Source: Marsupella aquatica
Taxonomy: Eukaryota; Plantae; Marchantiophyta
Assembly: GCA_973895155.1 (NCBI GenBank)
Contig: OZ316896.1
Span: forward strand, 3,324,738-3,388,737
Direction: 5' to 3'
DNA length: 64,000 nucleotides
A program made the translations under genes and the position numbers. Below, piece after piece: positions 62,839-64,000 of the stretch; the first letter of the stretch is position 1, and each line of letters opens with the position of its first letter. The notes under the pieces were generated by a model. That model searched no databases, was not told the origin of the DNA, and saw only the letters and a program-made list of their open reading frames with translations.

Positions 62839-64000
62839 CTACCAGTGGGACCGCAATCCCACTAAGCTAAGTGTCAGGGCCGCTCCTGGTTCTGATCCTA
62901 ATCCTAAACGTGGAGATCCGCGCCCGCCCTGCCCACTCACGCCTCCTCCCTCCACGTCCGCCCTCCCTAAAAGGAACGGCGCCCTTGCACCGTCACGACA
63001 CCGGTGGTGGATCCTTAATGGACGCCCCCAACGCTTCCTCCTCAGCCACTGCCGTAGGTTCATTCTCTGACAGATTACCTGCCCTTGACTGAGTCAACTC
63101 TCCATCGGCCTGACTGGGTCCACCTTCGGCTTCAGCCTCGACACCGGCCTCGGCAATACCCACGGCTTCGGCCTCAGCCACTCCCTCGGCTTCGGCCTCC
63201 CCTTCCCCTAGGGTAGTTGGATCCCTAGCCGTGACCCTGTCTGGGGTCGGTGCTGGGTCTACCTCCTTGATCACCACGGCCTGTGAAGTCGTATTACTCC
63301 TTGACCCTGAAGGTTTCCGCTTCTTCTTCGTTGGTGGCTCGGCAGCTGGTCCCTTCCCCTTCCCACTTACTTCCGGCACTGGTGCAGGTGGCGCGGCTTG
63401 TCCTTCGGCAATTACCACCTCTGGTAACTGGTTTGTCCCAACGGGAGATGGACCTGCTGCAGCTAAGCATTTAAATACTGCGGCTTGTTTCTTCAGCCGC
63501 TCTGTTTGGTTGTCGGCCCGCCGCTGTAGGTTCTCCATCTTCCTCGTGATTTCCTCCAACTCCTCTTGGGTTCATCCAGGTCCTTACGTGCCCCCTCCAG
63601 CTCGTTTTTGGCCTCCTCCTGCTCCCTGTGGGCTTCCTCCAATTCCTTCTTCAAGGTAGCCCTCTCCTCCTGGGTTGCTCTTAGCTCCTTGTCGAGCTCT
63701 GCAATGATGACAGACTCCATCTGGTTCATCTTGGCGTAAGTCTATTCGAGCATCTCGTCCTTCTCCCTTAGGTCGGCCTTGAAGCTGGCCGTCAGGGACG
63801 CAAGCTCCTGCTGCAGCGCCATAATCCCTTGATAGGATTTCCCTAACTCGGCCTCCTTCTGCTCAAGGGCTCCGCGGATTTTCTCGAGCTCCCCCTTCAA
63901 CGCCCATTCCTTTCTTTGGGTCTCCGCCATGGCCCGGCTGTTGGTTGTTATGTGGGCCTCCTCTGTATTCTTCAGCTCTCGCTTCCACTTCTCCCTCTCT
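62839..64000 (-). mobile_element. Degraded TE accessory coiled-coil ORF, copy 2 (partial)
   Basis: Matches 35673-36833, with one extra C near 63025 that changes the frame. Confidence 0.55.

Larger units (their letters stand above)
41243..64000 (+). repeat. Tandem segmental duplication, copy 2 (continues past window end; corresponds to 14068-~36833)
   Basis: Near-identical to copy 1 with only scattered SNPs and small indels. Confidence 0.97.

Overview
Eukaryotic, land-plant nuclear DNA. The gene and TE content (STIG1, germin-like, F-box/kelch, half-tRNA-primed copia, CG/CHG deamination signature) suggests a bryophyte such as a liverwort, but this is inference. The window is dominated by a recent, near-identical tandem duplication with a period of about 27.17 kb (copy 1 14068-41242; copy 2 41243 to past the window end). 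Each unit holds a full-length but dead Ty1/copia LTR element with a GCATT target-site duplication, a head-to-head pair of AIG1/GIMAP-like GTPase genes with uninterrupted coding regions (a 257-aa single-domain gene and a ~479-aa gene with an apparent pseudo-GTPase + GTPase architecture), a three-exon MAM33-like pseudogene not evident from the ORF track, and decayed TE ORFs. A third, diverged paralogue of the long GTPase runs off the left edge. The unique left 14 kb holds an intact STIG1-like peptide gene, F-box/kelch and germin pseudogenes (the germin copies form an inverted repeat), and copia and gypsy relics. The best candidate for an undescribed system is the amplified, divergently transcribed GTPase/pseudoGTPase-GTPase pair with a shared promoter carrying stress motifs. 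All alignments and counts were done by eye.
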